DNA from: Actinomycetota bacterium
GTDB taxonomy: Bacteria > Actinomycetota > Thermoleophilia > Gaiellales > Gaiellaceae
DNA: 64,000 nucleotides
Direction: 5' to 3'
NCBI GenBank assembly: GCA_046725345.1
Contig: JBKOYJ010000028.1
Span: 1,300-65,299 of the forward strand
This document shows positions 63,720 to 64,000 of this stretch, one piece after another. Numbering within the stretch: position 1 is the stretch's first letter; the number at the start of each line of letters is the position of its first letter. Made by a program: the position numbers and the translations under genes. The notes under the pieces are model-generated. The model was not told where the DNA came from and made no database searches. It worked only from the letters and a program-made list of their open reading frames with translations.

Positions 63720-64000
63720 ATGAAGACCAGCTTGGGAATCTGGGCCATGGGGCCGATGGTCACGCGATTCGTGCCGGGCGGCTACCAACCCGAGCACGCG
63801 AACGAGACGACGGCCGACCGCGTCCGCCGTGCCGTCGCGGGGCTTGCCGGACTCATCGACGGCTACGAGTTTCACTACCCGGGCGAGCTCTCGCCGGAAA
63901 ACCTCGACGACGTCCGCGACGCGCTCCAGGGCCACGACGTGTACACGATCTGCAGCGGCCTACACCTCGACGCGCGCTTCGGCAAGGGCGGGCTGACGTC
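63720..64000 (+). CDS. Xylose-isomerase-like TIM-barrel / sugar phosphate isomerase family protein (3' end outside window)
   Basis: MKTSLGIWAMGPMVTRFVPGGY...YEFHYPGEL is reminiscent of inosose-isomerase/AP-endonuclease-2 TIM proteins. Runs off the window. Confidence 0.55.
   Translation, partial: MKTSLGIWAMGPMVTRFVPGGYQPEHANETTADRVRRAVAGLAGLIDGYEFHYPGELSPENLDDVRDALQGHDVYTICSGLHLDARFGKGGLT

Overview
Very G+C-rich (by eye about 70 %) bacterial chromosome segment with dense, mostly plus-strand coding and many 1-4 nt start/stop overlaps. Gene content and order look Actinobacteriota-like, perhaps Thermoleophilia/Rubrobacteria-type, but that is only an inference. Housekeeping blocks: metG(3' end)-tatD-rsmA-ispE, tRNA-Gln, glmU-prs, rplY(ctc)-pth-mfd, a PrsA-like PPIase, mazG-eno-pyk-ftsB-DUF501. 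These are followed by signalling genes (HTH-REC regulator, GAF-PP2C phosphatase, NarL-type two-component pair), an L,D-transpeptidase with cytochrome c maturation genes (tlpA/ccmH/ccdA), fdxA, a radical SAM/MBL pair, and from about 45.2 kb a large myo-inositol catabolism cluster (iolG paralogues, iolD, iolC, iolB, iolE-like) with a sugar ABC importer. The most interesting region is a ~10 kb block (6.0-16.2 kb) lying between prs and rplY/ctc. It holds an AGE-family epimerase, a GT61/DUF563 gene and a translationally coupled chain: PqqD-like (RRE) - HPr-kinase-like P-loop protein - GT4 - GT2 - GT2 - ABC exporter - PF14907-type nucleotidyltransferase, plus a convergent GT2. No lasso cyclase, leader protease or recognisable precursor is present, so this is a candidate undescribed peptide/glycan phospho-glycosylation and export system. 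Three families of structured intergenic repeats also occur (two are tandem duplications). Many genes carry a -10-like hexamer 6-9 nt upstream of the start codon, suggesting leaderless mRNAs, and two genes appear to start at CTG behind a perfect GGAGG. All calls rest on reading the supplied translations and the DNA; no database search was run.
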